From positions 67,394,001-67,458,000 of the forward strand of contig OX597817.1 in assembly GCA_951406725.2 (NCBI GenBank): a stretch of DNA of 64,000 nucleotides, read 5' to 3'. Positions 26,836-40,823 of the stretch are shown one piece after another (position 1 is the stretch's first letter; each line of letters opens with the position of its first letter). The notes below the pieces were generated by a model. That model ran no database searches. It saw nothing but the letters and a program-made list of their open reading frames with translations, and was not told where the DNA came from. The stretch is from Octopus vulgaris (lineage: Eukaryota). The translations under genes were made by a program, and so were the position numbers.

Positions 26836-27596
26836 ACATCACACTCTTTCTCATTCCTCAGTCTCTACCCTTCCAATTTTCACTAACAAGTACCCAAACA
26901 CAACATTAATCCCTTGGTTATTTCCCTATAGTTTCTCCATCAGCACAATTTGATAAGCTAGTTACTTAGTCTAAAATAGAAGGGTTTCTCCGAGCGTGGT
27001 TATTTGCCTATTGTTTCCCTGTCTGTTTAGTTTGATAAACTCATAAATAATTTAAAATGTTTTACAATTATTTACGGATAAACATTTCTTTTCTTTTTAA
27101 ATGACTTCCTTCTCTTGGAGATTAGAGTTGTTTTCTGATGTTTAGCAGTGAAAATTGAAAGAATAGAGATAGAGAAATGGAAAAGAGTGTGGGGTGAGAC
27201 AAAGGAAAGAAGGAAAGGGAGAGAGAAAGAGAGTAAGGGAGACTGAAGGAAGAAGATGAGGAGTTGGAGAATAATAGGAAGAAAAAGGTTAAGGAAGAGG
27301 TGAATGAGACGGAGAAAGAGCTGGAAGAAGATGGAGGTGAATAAGATGATGAAGGTGACAGCAGAGAAAATACGTGAGAAAATACGGTTTGAATATATTT
27401 AAAAGTGTAGTTTTATAGAGCGAGAAAGAGTGTCATTATCATCATCATCATCATCATGGGCAATAGCAGCAGCAGCAGAAGAAGAAGAAGAGGAACAAGT
27501 AATAGCATCAGCAACAGGAGTAATCGCAGTAGAAGCAAGAGTAATTGCAGCAGCAGGATTATTGGCAGCGGCAGTGGTAGCAGGAGTAGTAAGCAA

Positions 27597-27651
<55 letters not shown>

Positions 27652-27896
27652 TGTTGTTGTTGTTGTTGTAGCAGCAGGAGATAGACTGATGTAAAGTAGA
27701 ATCAAACTGATTTCTAATACAAGCACAAGACCTCAGATTCGACAGAGTAATAATAGTTGAAAAACTTCAGCCCAATATTTGTCTCGAAATTATTTAATTG
27801 ATACTAAAAGGGCGAGAGGTATAAACTGACTTCGGTGGGACTCGAACTCAGAAGCCATATCCTTCCAATCCTCCCGACTTAATAGTAATAATTTCT

Positions 27897-28100
27897 AAGG
27901 CGGCGAGCTTGATTGAATCGTTAGCACGCCGAGGGAGATGCTTAGCGGCATTTCGTCCGTCTTTACGATCTGAGCTCAATTTTGCCTTGCATCCTTTCGA
28001 TGTAGATAAAATAAGTACCATATGAACACTGGGGTCGATTTAACTGACTTAGCCACTCCCACAAATCTACTGGCTCTGTGCCAAAATTTGAAACTAATAT
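27897..28100 (+). mobile_element. SINE group A, older copy
   Basis: AAGGCGGCGAGCT...GTTAGCACGCC...CTGGGGTCGAT...GTGCCAAAATTTGAAAC. Confidence 0.8.
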
Positions 28101-28369
28101 TAATAATTTCCTGCACAAAACATCATTATTTATATAATTACATAAACAATATACATAATTCATTTAAAAGTGTTACCCTATTATATAAATAATGATGCTT
28201 TATGTCAACGAAACAGCTGTTGAGCACACTTAATTTCTTACATAGGCACAAGGCCAGAAATTACTTTTAATTCATCTACTAAAAGTAGTGTCAAACTGAA
28301 AACAAATCTACTATAGCACTTCTCATCGTAGTCCGTTCTTAAATTCCTCACCCCTCCTCCTCCCTCCCT

Positions 28370-28401
<32 letters not shown>

Positions 28402-28489
28402 AACTCTAATTCTCCTCTCACATTTCCTTTCAATTCTCTTTCTTGTCTCTCACTTCCTTTCCGCCACTTTCAGTGATCTTCTTCCTCCA

Positions 28490-28610
28490 CCTTCTTCTTC
28501 TTCTTCTTCTTCTTCTTCTTCTTCTTCTTCTTCTTCTTCTTCTTCTTCTTCTTCTTCTTCTTCTTCTTCTTTTTCTTCTTCTTACAATTATTATTATTAT
28601 TATTATTATA

Positions 28611-28674
<64 letters not shown>
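28490..28674. repeat. (CTT)n followed by (ATT)n trinucleotide microsatellites
   Basis: Directly visible. Confidence 0.95.
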
Positions 28675-28722
28675 GCCCGCCGGACAAAATACTTGGCAGT
28701 ATTTCGTCTGTCTTTACGTTCT

Positions 28723-29839
28723 TCTTCAGACTCGCCGCTCCGAATCTCACTACCTAGGTAAGTGAAGCGGTCAACAACTTCGGCATTCTCACCTACAACG
28801 GAGACAGAAGTCAACAAAAGACTGAATCTTTGTCTTGACCCAAGAGACTCTAAGGCCAAGTGGTTCTACTTCCACACTTAGTGAATGGAGGGTGCTCTTA
28901 AAGACATCCAGAGACTCCGCAAGAATAACTGCATCAACAAAATCTAGCTCTGTCATCTTAGTTTCACCAATGAGCGCACTATAACACAATCGAATCACCA
29001 TTCGGTCAAGTACCTAGTCTATGCGGGCATTGAACAGTGTAGGAGCCAAGACACAACCCTGACAGACTCCAGACCTAACAGGAAACATGTAAGATGTGGA
29101 ACCCCTTATCTGAATGGCTCTGATCGTTCCAGTGCATAAGGCCATCATCAGCTGAATCATCTGAGGAGATATACCACGTAGCTCCAGAATCCTCCAAAGC
29201 ACATCCCTGTTCAACGTATCAAACGTTTTATAGAGGTCGACATAGGCTGTAAGAGGCTCTCCCAAAAGCTACTCTTGCGTTCAATGATTACATAAAGATC
29301 CAAGGTCTTGTCAGTAGTTGATCTATTCGATGTGAACCCTGACTGTTCTGGTGCAGTTGTTAAATCATTGGACAAAGGTGTTTGGCGCTGCCGGTATCTG
29401 GGCAAGAAAACAAGGGTTCGTGTCGTTAGGTCTCTAGTCCTCCTTACCTTGCGCTATATTTGTGAGCCTTTGACACTGACCGGGGCCTTTAGGAGCCGCC
29501 CGAATCCTCTGGTACAAGGACGTACCGTAGGATTAATGGTTACCATTGGTCGAATTTCGTCCTGTTACATGTATGATTCGGAAGCGCCAGATTAGATTGT
29601 TTGGAGTTTTTGCTCGATTTTCCGAGTTAGATCTTGCTTACCGTACTCTCTTCACTGAGGATCGGGTTGGGTTGACGGCTCACACTGGTCGACCACATGC
29701 CCCATAGTCACGGCAGATGAGGACGTGTCTCGCGTAGATAGAGACTGACTAGGACTCTACTCGACGGGTCGCCCGGAAAAACCTGGAATATACCGACAAA
29801 TCGTGAATGCAACGACGCGTGGCGCCACACCTGACCTGA
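28723..29839 (+). mobile_element. 5'-truncated, 5'-inverted RTE-clade LINE inserted in a group A SINE
   Basis: Minus segment 28723-29351 encodes RT (EQSGF, AYVDLYKTFD, GVCQGCVLAPTLFN, LDFVDAVILAES, FTYLGS); plus segment 29347-29839 encodes post-RT SLDKGVWRCRYLGKKTRVRVVRSLVL and ends ctgacctga; TSD tcttta(c/t)gttct at 28711-28722 and 29840-29851. Confidence 0.9.
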
Positions 29840-29991
29840 TCTTTATGTTCTGAGTACAAATTCCATCGAGGTCGACTTTGCTTTCCATCTTTTCGGAGGC
29901 GATAAATTAAGTACCACTGAAACACTGGGGTCGATTTAATCGGATATCCCCCTCCCTCGAAATTTCAGGCCTTGTGCCTATAGTAGAAAGG

Positions 29992-29995
<4 letters not shown>
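29840..29995 (+). mobile_element. 3' part of the host SINE A (5' part at 28672-28722)
   Basis: SINE consensus resumes exactly after the TSD: GAGTACAAATTCC..GAGGTCGACTTTG. Confidence 0.85.
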
Positions 29996-30041
<46 letters not shown>

Positions 30042-30258
30042 GGCGGTGACCTGACAGATCTGTTAGCACATCGGACAAAATGCTTAGCGGCATTTCGTCC
30101 GTCTTTACGTACTGTCAAGTTAGTCTTTGCACTATCCCCTACATCCGATACCCCAGTAGCAAATAAAGAAATTTTCATCATCATCATCATCATCATCATC
30201 ATTAATAATACAATTATTAATATTATTATCGTTCTTGATGTTCTTGTTGCTTTTTTTC

Positions 30259-30363
<105 letters not shown>

Positions 30364-31147
30364 AGAGCAGTATTTCTTTATCTTCTTTTTTTTCGGCCTT
30401 GTGCCTAAATCAGAAACAATTATTATTTCTTTTGTTTCCACCTTCTCCACTCCCCTTCCTCCTCCTCCTCCTCCTCCGCCTCCTCCTCTTTTTCTTAACC
30501 TTTCTCATCTTCCTTCTTCCCGATGCCTCAGTCTCCTCCCACAACCACCACCTCACTGCACCTTGTTTACAGTTCACCATCTCAGTGATGCTCAAAATAA
30601 CAGGCTGCCTGTTTGTTTGTCATTGTCTTTCCTGTGTTGCACTTACTCGCCTCCTCTTCACCCTCTCCCCTACACCTTACCCCTCTCTCTCTCACCTCCG
30701 TCCCCCCCCCCCTCACACGTGTTTTCTTATGCAGTTGTCGATAAAATACTATATTGAATTAAATGCTGCACCCGCATTTCTGTTGTTTTCGTCATCACCG
30801 TCAACGTCGTCGTCACACCAGCGCTACCACCAGAAGCAGCAGCAGCAGCAGCAGCAGCAGTTTCTAGGGAGTTTCTGCCGCCTCTTTACATGCTAGAAAT
30901 AATAGCCAAATTTCGCTTGAATCTAATTTTGAAAAACAAAAAATAGAAGGACATATTGGACAAGGTAGGCCTGGTGCACGAACAAATGGCCTGGTCATAA
31001 TAGGAATGTCTTCAACTAAAGCTCTCTACGATCAGGACTGTCCAGTGGTTAAACCATAACATTGACAACAGCTTAAACTTGCTAGAAATAGCAACTAAAT
31101 CTCTCTTGTTACTATCTGAAAGGAACAGATGCAACGCATAATACTCC

Positions 31148-31617
<470 letters not shown>

Positions 31618-31658
31618 AATATAATATAATATAATATAATATAATATAATATAATATA

Positions 31659-31703
<45 letters not shown>

Positions 31704-31707
<4 letters not shown>

Positions 31708-32026
31708 CCAACCAAGTGTGGCGTCCTATACGGAACAGTGCTACTGATGCTTATAGCCCCAGAAATACATCTCTTCCAGCTAGCTCACGACCAGAAACTC
31801 GAGTCCGTGTGTATCACGTAAGGCTATAGAGGGGAGCGATGACCTCCCCTCGCAAATACTAATCGGATACAGAATGTGTGTTGTGAGCCAGCTGTAAGAG
31901 ATGTCTTCCTGGGGCTATAAACGTCAGTAGCAATGTTCCGTATAGGATGCCACACTCGGTTAGCAATTATATGTTACGAATCCGTGTTGCTACTGTTTAT
32001 GTCTCGCTCAGAGATTAAATACAGCC
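31704..32026 (+). mobile_element. Retrozyme-family relative with an inverted 5' segment
   Basis: 88-bp inverted arms 31704-31791 / 31880-31967 (~12 mismatches); HHR 3' half GAAA-CTCGAG-TC-CGTGTGT at 31794-31812; homologous to the 22-kb unit; flanked by TA repeats. Confidence 0.75.
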
Positions 32027-32035
32027 TATATATGT

Positions 32036-32098
<63 letters not shown>

Positions 32099-32136
32099 TG
32101 TGTGTGCGTATGTATGTGTATGTGTGTGTGTGTGTG

Positions 32137-32390
32137 TGGAGCCGCAATGGCCCAGTGGTTAGGGCAGCGGACTCGCGATTGGAGGACCGCGGTTTCGATT
32201 GTGTGTGTTTATTGAGCGAAAACATCTAAAAGCTCCATGATGCTCCGGCAGGCGCTGGAGGTGAACCCTGTTGTACTCTTTCGCCCCAACTTTCTCTCAC
32301 TCTTTCTTCCTGTTTCTTGAGTAACGCTGCGATGGACTGGCGTCCCGTCCAGCTGGGGGGAGCATATATGCCACGGAAAAGGGCGCATAA
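32137..32390 (+). mobile_element. SINE group C (body C1 + tail T1)
   Basis: Head TGGCCCAGTGGTTAGGGCAGCGGACTCGCG..GGTTTCGATT; tail GAGTAACGCTGCGATGGACTGGCGTCCCGTCCAG. Confidence 0.8.
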
Positions 32391-32398
32391 ATAAATAA

Positions 32399-32444
<46 letters not shown>

Positions 32445-32533
32445 GTCGTTGGTCATAAGTTTTCATATGGGGCAAACGAACACCATCACTATCACCACCA
32501 CCAACAACAACAACAGCACCTAGGACACTTTAA

Positions 32534-32979
32534 CTCTTTAGCATTAATTTGTGAAATGCAACGTCTATTTATCCAAATCGTTTTGAATTAATCAGACATT
32601 ATCTCACAGCTTCAAGATTTCGATGGTGTATTGCATATTTTTAGCATGACATTGTAGGGTTATTGTAAGAAGTCAGATCTTGCTGGTTTGAAAATAAAAC
32701 TGGTAGAATATTTGAACCAGGTTGAAGGCAGCGAGCTATCAAAATCGTTACCGTACTGGGTTCAATGCTTAACGGCATTTCGCCGTCTTTACACTCCGAG
32801 TTCAAATTCCGCCAAGGTCGACTTTGCCTGTTATTCTTTCGGGGTTTATAAAATATGTACCAGTTGAGTACTGTGGTCGATGTAATCGATTTACCTCCTT
32901 CGCCCCGATATTGGTGGTCTAGTACCAAAATCTGAAACTAATATTTGGGCCAGATATGGCCTGATTAAATGCTGAGGAG
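32534..32979. mobile_element. piggyBac-type MITE interrupted by a SINE A (32725-32939)
   Basis: TTAA TSDs at 32530-32533 and 32980-32983; TIRs ctctttagcatt / aatgctgaggag; the SINE is flanked by aatatttg(aa/gg)ccag. Confidence 0.7.
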
Positions 32980-33789
32980 TTAACTAATAAAGTCCTTGCT
33001 AGATAGATTGTGTCTGATAAAAAGGAATAAAGACGTTGATGACGAAGGCTGTCATACCAGTAATTATACGTCTACTAAATCAAGTCTGAGTTGGAGAATT
33101 ATTTCTGCAGTAGTAACAGTAATATGAATAGTTATTGAAAATGAGGATCGAGAGAAAAGCATTTGCCCACCTTATAAAAAAAAAAAACATAGGAAAGTGG
33201 AGAGACAAATGTTATTTATATGAAAGGACCCACATTTAGTTTCTTTTTGCAGATTGAAGCTGGATTAACGTACGTGATTAAAGCAGAAAGTAGACGTAAT
33301 TTTGAGTCACTCTGTTCTACCTTGAGTTGTTAGCCTTCATTTGAAGACAACTGTATTTTAAAGGTATTTAAATTTATACATTCATATACACAGACAGAAG
33401 CACGCATATGTATGTGTTGTTTTTTTCCCCCACGATACCTGAAATTTAAATTTAAAAATCAAAATTCGAGGCGTCTCAGAATATTCATTTAAACCTCGTT
33501 GGTCAACTGTTTCGGTGCAATGTAATATGTATAAGTAGCAAGATACTGTTCTTGGTGGCAGGTAGAAGTCGATTAGGTTGACAGCAGGAAATATATCACA
33601 GTTATCGATGTTGCAAATATATTATACATTGCCTTTACTTTAACTCACTACTCGTAGGATAAATATCTCTTTTGTTCTTGAATGTAATTTAAAAGGTATT
33701 TATTTTCGTGTAAATACTTTGACATAATATATTAGCTTTTCTTTTGCTCAGTATCTTAAAATATTTTCTTTAGAATGTAACATTTATAC

Positions 33790-33845
33790 GAATGTCATAT
33801 TCTTAAGAATGTCATATTCTTAAGAATATCATATTCTTAAGAATG
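33790..33845. repeat. 17-bp minisatellite, ~3.3 copies (gaatgtcatattcttaa)
   Basis: Directly visible; junctions form the palindrome attcttaagaat. Confidence 0.9.
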
Positions 33846-35242
33846 ATATATGTTTCAACCAGGATCTGAAGATATGGAAATGTCTATTTCTTCAATTCAA
33901 ACATAAAAGTACTCTACTACCTTGTCTCGATATATTGGGAATGTGAAGAAGTATTCCACCGACACAAATATAATTGCAGTCCTAACGTCAACGGATTAAA
34001 TAGATGTGTCCTTTGCCTGACTGAAAAATATAACAACTTTGGTAACTACTACAACAGCTGCTATTGTTGTAATGGTGCTTGGTCTCTGTTATCGGTGTTT
34101 TTGTGACTGCTATTATTGTACCTATTTATGCATTTGGTGTTGCTTATGTGACAAACATGACAGAAGATACAACTAATACAAGTGCAGCAATTACTACTAC
34201 TATTGTTGTTACTACTGCCGCTGCTGTTGCTGTTACTGCTGCTATTGCTACTTCTGCTATTGTTGTTGTTGTTGCTCCTGTTGCTGCTACTATTAAAACT
34301 ACCGATTATGCCCCTGTTGGTACTACTGTTAACCGCTATTATTTTTTTTACTGAAGGTAGTACTATGGTTGAAACAGCTTCAGCTGCTACCGTTGCTGTT
34401 GTTGCTGCTGCTGCTGCTACTGCATCTGCTGCTACTGCTATTGCTGCAGCTACTATCTCTGCGACTATTATTGCTTCTACTGTAAGAGGGAGGGGAAAAA
34501 AACGTCTATAACGAATTTCACCTGTATAAGTGAGTAAGTTGAGTGGTGCAGAGGTGAGTGAAAAGAAATAAAGAAAATTTTAACAAATAAATCAACACCC
34601 AAGTAAATAAACAACTAAACTAACAAGCAAAAATAAATAAAGAAACGATTTAAAAAAATACAAATATTTAAATAACAAAATAAATAAATAATTGTCTACA
34701 GAGTGTTAGGGAAAGTGAAAAATGGTTGTTAGGGTTCTATAGCAGAGGAAACAATTACATGATACTTTACACAACTTTCGATTACTCAGTAAATTTGTTG
34801 AGATTTATTTCTCCATTCTCTTCAAACGTTTTTTAAAATTTTGTAATAGAAAACATTTAGGTTGCTTTATTTTAACTCTTTTATATTTTATTATATTATT
34901 TATTAAATAGATATTTTTAATCTTTTATAACATTTTATTTTTATATTTTATTTATTACATTTTGTCATTATTTGCTTTGATTTCTAGCTTTTATTTTATA
35001 ATTTATTATAGAAAGTATTCATCTTAGTTTTTTTTTTTTATTAGAGAATAGAAAATATTCCATGACATATTTATTTTAGCTTTAGTTTTTTTTTATATTG
35101 TATTATATCATAGGAAATATTTATTTCATTTTCATCTTGAAATTTTATTGTTAAATATATTTTTTCAAGTATTTCTTCCTTGTTTTTGGCACCTTCTGAT
35201 AATCACATCCATAATTACGAACAAATGATGAATTCTCCACAT

Positions 35243-35495
35243 CAGTAGTTCTCAACCTTTTCTTGCCTATGGACCCCTTTGATTACTATTATACTCCGGT
35301 GGGCCCTCCTAGCCATTCGATGTTTAAAGCATCCTATTATATTTTTAGAATTATTATTAGAATTATTAGAATTATTATTAGGACTTGTGTTTAAAAAAAA
35401 AATGCTAAAACATTTGGTGCATTGTAAAAGCATAAGTAATTTATTGCTCATAGATTTTAACAAATATTTTAACAGAATTTTTTCCCCAATTTTCA
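35243..35495 (+). mobile_element. hAT-type MITE left end
   Basis: Begins CAGTAGTTCTCAACCTTTT...GGACCCCTT, typical of Charlie-type MITE ends. Confidence 0.55.
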
Positions 35496-35741
35496 TCTTC
35501 AGTTCGAAACCAGCAGATGTTAACTTTGCCTTTCATCCTTTCGGCATCGATAAAGTAGTTCCGAGTAGCTGTCACACATGAAAATTGCTAGCCTTGTGCC
35601 TAAATCAGAATGTTTTATTATTACTATTGAATATAGACTGGTAGACTCCCCACAGCATTGCACAAAATACCTTTTAGTATTTAGCCGCCACCCTTCTGTG
35701 GATGGTAACAACAAAGCATTAGTTATATACTCGGGTTATAT

Positions 35742-35965
35742 AAAGGCGGCGAGCTGGTAGAAACGTTAGCACGCCGGGCGAAATTCGTAGCCGTATTTCG
35801 TCTGTCGTTACGTTCCGAGTTCAAATTCCGACTTTGCCTTTCATCCTTTCGGGGTCGATAAATTAAGTACCAGTTACGCACTGGGGTCGATGTAGTCGAC
35901 TTAATCCCTTTGTCTGTCCTTGTTTATCCCCCTGTGTTTAGCCCCTTGTGGGTAGTAAAGAAATA
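35742..35965 (+). mobile_element. SINE group A, young
   Basis: 15-bp TSD tatatactcgggtta at 35724-35738 and 35966-35980. Confidence 0.93.
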
Positions 35966-36459
35966 TATATACTCGGGTTAGTATAATCAACTGTTATCCC
36001 GGTAGTCTGTAATTTTTAAACTTCAGTTTATATAAAAATTCATTAAAGCGTTGGGTTATGAGAATTGATAGGGGATCAGATAAAATGCCCTGTAGTATTT
36101 GTTGCAGCCCTTTGTGTTCAAACTTCTTAGAAGTCGACTTTACTTTTCATTTTTCGGGATCGATGAAATAAAATATCACTCAGATATTGAAATGAATTTA
36201 ATCTAAAACCACCTCGCCAATTTGTGGCTTTGTGCCTAAGTTAGAAAAACTATTCTTTTCTTTCAAAATATTTTTTATAAAATCCTTTTAGGAATGGCTG
36301 TGTGATTAAGATGCTCGTTTTACAACCACGCTGTTTCGGGTTCATTTCCACTGCGCATTACTTGGGCAAGTGCCTTCTGCTAAAGCTCAGGGCCGGCCTG
36401 ACCAATTTCTTGTGAGTGGAGAAGCCCGTAGTATATGTATATAAGATACTTTACACAAC

Positions 36460-36690
36460 TTCGTGGGTTCGATTCCCAGACCGGAGCGTTGCGTTATGCT
36501 CTTGAGCAAACCACTTCAATTCACGTTGCTCTGCGATCATTTCGTCATCTAACATGCGGCACCCGTTGTCAATCTGATGGAAGGAGTGAGCTTATGACTA
36601 CACAAGCATTTGATCGCTATAAACAAATGTGTGGTTGTTCGGTAAGAAATTGTCGAACCCTATTACGTCGTCTAACGACGGGAGAGTCCA
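36460..36690 (+). mobile_element. SINE group C (CORE-like body + tail T3)
   Basis: GGTTCGATTCCCAGACCGG..CTTGAGCAAACCACTTCAATTCACGTTGCTC followed by an unrelated tail. Confidence 0.6.
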
Positions 36691-36691
36691 T

Positions 36692-36790
<99 letters not shown>

Positions 36791-37012
36791 GTGTTTATTC
36801 TTAATCAAGAATATTGTTGATAATGACTTCGAAGTTTCAGCCAATTAACCTTTCAGATTAATGTAAAATTGTTTTTATTATAACTAAACACAAAAACAAA
36901 CATTAACAACAACTGGTGTTGGTTTGTTTATATTTCCGTAAACAAGCATTTTGGTAATATACCCATGTAATAACTACCAGACTTACAATATGTGAACAAT
37001 AGGCGTATTCTC

Positions 37013-37433
37013 CGGGTTCGGTTCCACTGTGTGGCACCTCGGGCAAGTGTCTTCTACTATAGCCTCGGGCCGACCAAAGCATTGTGAGTGGATTTGGTAG
37101 ACGGAAACTGAAAGAAGCCCGTCGTATATATGTATATATATATATATATATGTGTGTATGTATGTATGTATGTATGTATGTATGTATGTATGTATGTATG
37201 TATGTATGTATGTGTGTGTATATGTTTGTGTGCCTGTGTTTGCCACCCCAACATCGCTTGACAACCGATGCTGGTGTATTTACGTCTCCGTAACTTAGCA
37301 GTTCGGCAAAAGAGACCGATGGAATAAGTACTAGACTTACAACGAATAAGTCCTGGGGTCGATTTGCTCGACTAAAAGCGGTGCTCCAGTATGGCCACAG
37401 TCACATGACTGAAACAAGTAAAGAGTAAAGAGA
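37013..37433 (+). mobile_element. SINE group B, 5'-truncated, with internal (TATG)n
   Basis: GGCACCTCGGGCAAGTGTCTTCTACTATAGCC...TGACTGAAACAAGTAAAAGAG. Confidence 0.9.
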
Positions 37434-38348
37434 GGTTGATTTGCTTGACTTACACCCTTCACGGCAGTGCCCCAGAATGGTCGCAGTCCAATGACTGAAG
37501 CCAGTAAAACCAAAAGATAAATAAGATAAAGAGAATAAAAAATATAGAAACAGTGAAATATTTTCTTTTTTTCTTTATATTGTTATTATGTCTGCTGTTA
37601 AATTTCCAAAGCGATTCACACATGAATAACACGGCGCTAGGTGTTTGTGTTAGTATGTCTTTATGCTTGTGTGTGTGTGCACGCGTGTGTGCGTGTTTGC
37701 GAGAGCGTGTGTGCGCGTGCGCCTGCGTATTTGTGCGTGTGTGTTGTGAGTGCATGCGTGTGTATGTGTGTGCACGAGCGTCGTGCGTGTGTCTGTAAAT
37801 TTGATGTTCCAATTATTAAAATTACCATTTTGTAATGGCTTCAGTTCTTGAAATATTCTTTGAGTAAAAAATGAAGTTTAAAACATGGTTATTGTTAGGT
37901 GAACGCAAAAAAAATAAATGGTGTGTACGCATATACGTGCTTGTATGTGTGTGTGTGTGTGTATATGTGTGGTTGTATGTGGTTGTGTGTGTATATGTGT
38001 TTCTTTATTTTTCTAAATTTCTTTCTCACAGGATCAAAAATACCATTCTCTAATACTATTTAGTTGTTGGAACATATTGAGTAAAAATGAACTTCATGAA
38101 ATAGTTATTGTTAGAAGACAAAAATGGTTTGTGCGCTCGTATTATATGTGTATGTCTGTGTATGAATATACGTGTGTGTGTGTGTGTGGGGGGGTGATGA
38201 ACATTTCCATCTTCTTTGAGAGACACATAATAAACTTGTCATACGTTAATATTGTTTACCTTTCAAATATTTCCTTCGTTTCAACCCTGTCTTATTGTAA
38301 TGTCGGTGCGTATGTATTGCCATGCAGGAAGGAGTATGAGTATGAACC

Positions 38349-38392
<44 letters not shown>

Positions 38393-38539
38393 GTGTATGT
38401 GTACTTACTGTGAGTGTGTGTATGTGTGTAATTACTCTGTGTGTGTGTGTGCATGTGTGTGTGTTCATGTGTGTGTACGTGTGCTTTCACATCTGCTTAT
38501 GTTCATCTTCAAAATTTTCATCAATAGAAGTTAGTGGTA

Positions 38540-39030
<491 letters not shown>

Positions 39031-39787
39031 TTTTTATTGTTGGTGTTGCTAATACTGTTGATGAGTTAATTGCAGTAGTTGATGTCACGTCTGGCGCTGG
39101 TGATGCTGATATTTGCAACAGCGGTAGCAGCAGCAGTAGCAGTGGTGATGGTAATGGCAGTGGTGGTGGCAGCAGCAGTGATGTTGGTGGTGATGTTTCA
39201 TGATGACGACGACGACGACGAAGATGATCATAATGATGATGATGATGATGATGATGGTGGTTTCCTACCAAAGTTGTTTGTCTTTCTCAACGTCATCATC
39301 ATCGTCGTTATGGCTGTTATTGTTGTTGTTTTGTTGTTGCTGTTGTGGTAGTGGTGATGGTGATGTGGTGGTGGTGGTGGTGGTGGTGGTAGTTGCGGTG
39401 TTGGTGGTAGTAGTTGTAGTGGTGTTGGTGGTAGTAGTTGTAGTGGTGGTGGTGGTAGTTGTGGTGGTGGTGGTGGAGGGTGGTGGTGGTAGTGGTGATG
39501 GTAGTGGTGGTAGTTGTGGTGATGGTGATGATGGTGCTGGTGGTGATGGTGGTGCGGTGGTTGTATCGTCATTGCTATTGAAGCAATTCTTCAGTGACAC
39601 CCAACAATGTCGTCATCCTCATTGACAGCCACCGCATCACCTTTCCAATCAATCTTGACGCCATCAGCTACCTTTCATCGCTACCATTATTGTTGCCTTC
39701 AATGCTTCACAATATAGGCGCCTCTGCTTTCACCAGTCTTCATGATTACATTAACTTATTACTAACGACGGCGATACCACCACCAAC

Positions 39788-39819
<32 letters not shown>

Positions 39820-40118
39820 CACTACCACCACCACCACCAACAGCAACAACAACAACAACAGCAACAACCGTTGTTCCTAACATAGCATCAAAGAAAATTA
39901 GCTGGGTTAAATTCATCCTTATACTGACTGAGCTGATACTTTATTTCGTCGACCCCGAAAGGCTGAAGAAAAAAGATGACCTCAAGGAGATTCGAACGCA
40001 GAACGATAAGAACTGGAGAGAATTTTGATGAGAGAGAGAGAGAGAGTTAGCCAATACCATTGATCTCCAGTGCATCACTGGTACTATATTTTATCGTCTC
40101 CGTGAGGATGAAAGTTTT

Positions 40119-40169
<51 letters not shown>

Positions 40170-40170
40170 C

Positions 40171-40219
<49 letters not shown>

Positions 40220-40627
40220 CGACAGCATTAAGGATGGGATACCAAGTGTATGAAGATATGATGAATCATTAAATTTGTTTTTTCTTCAAAAATATATTTT
40301 CCCACAGAAAATTAGTTGTTTGTCTGATACGAGAGCATGTCTTATACAGAGACAAATACAGTATTCCTTGCAGCGAAATTTAGTTGTTATTTCTTTGACA
40401 TCAAGCGATAACATGAAGGCTCCTTCAGTGCAACGAAGGAGCCTTTATGTTGTCACTGAGTTAAAATTTCGGGGTTCCAAGTTAAAATTTCGCAGAAGTC
40501 AACTTCACTCTTCATCCTTTCGGAGTCGATACAATTAGCACTAGCTGATTAGATAGATCTAATCGACCTATCCCTCCCCCAGAATTGCCGGCCTTGTTCC
40601 AAAACAATATTTAAATATGACAAAGTC

Positions 40628-40823
40628 AGTGAGCTGGCAGAATCGTTAGCACGCTGCGCAAAATGCTTAGCAGCATTTCATCCGTCTTTACGTTCTGAGT
40701 TCAAATTCCGCAGAGGTCGATCTTGCCTTTCATCCTTTCGGGGCCAATAAAATAAGTACCAGTTGAACACTGGGTTTAACTCCACTAATTTCTTGACCTT
40801 ATGCCAAAATTTGAAATCGATAT
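40628..40823 (+). mobile_element. SINE group A
   Basis: GAGCTGGCAGAATCGTTAGCACG...GCCTTTCATCCTTTCGGGG. Confidence 0.85.

Noticed and set aside
28196-28226. TGCTT...GAAA-CAGCTG-TT-GAGCA hammerhead half
   Set aside because: Lacks CUGANGA and stem II; at most a deleted remnant
32140-32200. tRNA gene-like A/B boxes here and in other SINE heads
   Set aside because: No complete cloverleaf; always followed by SINE body and tail
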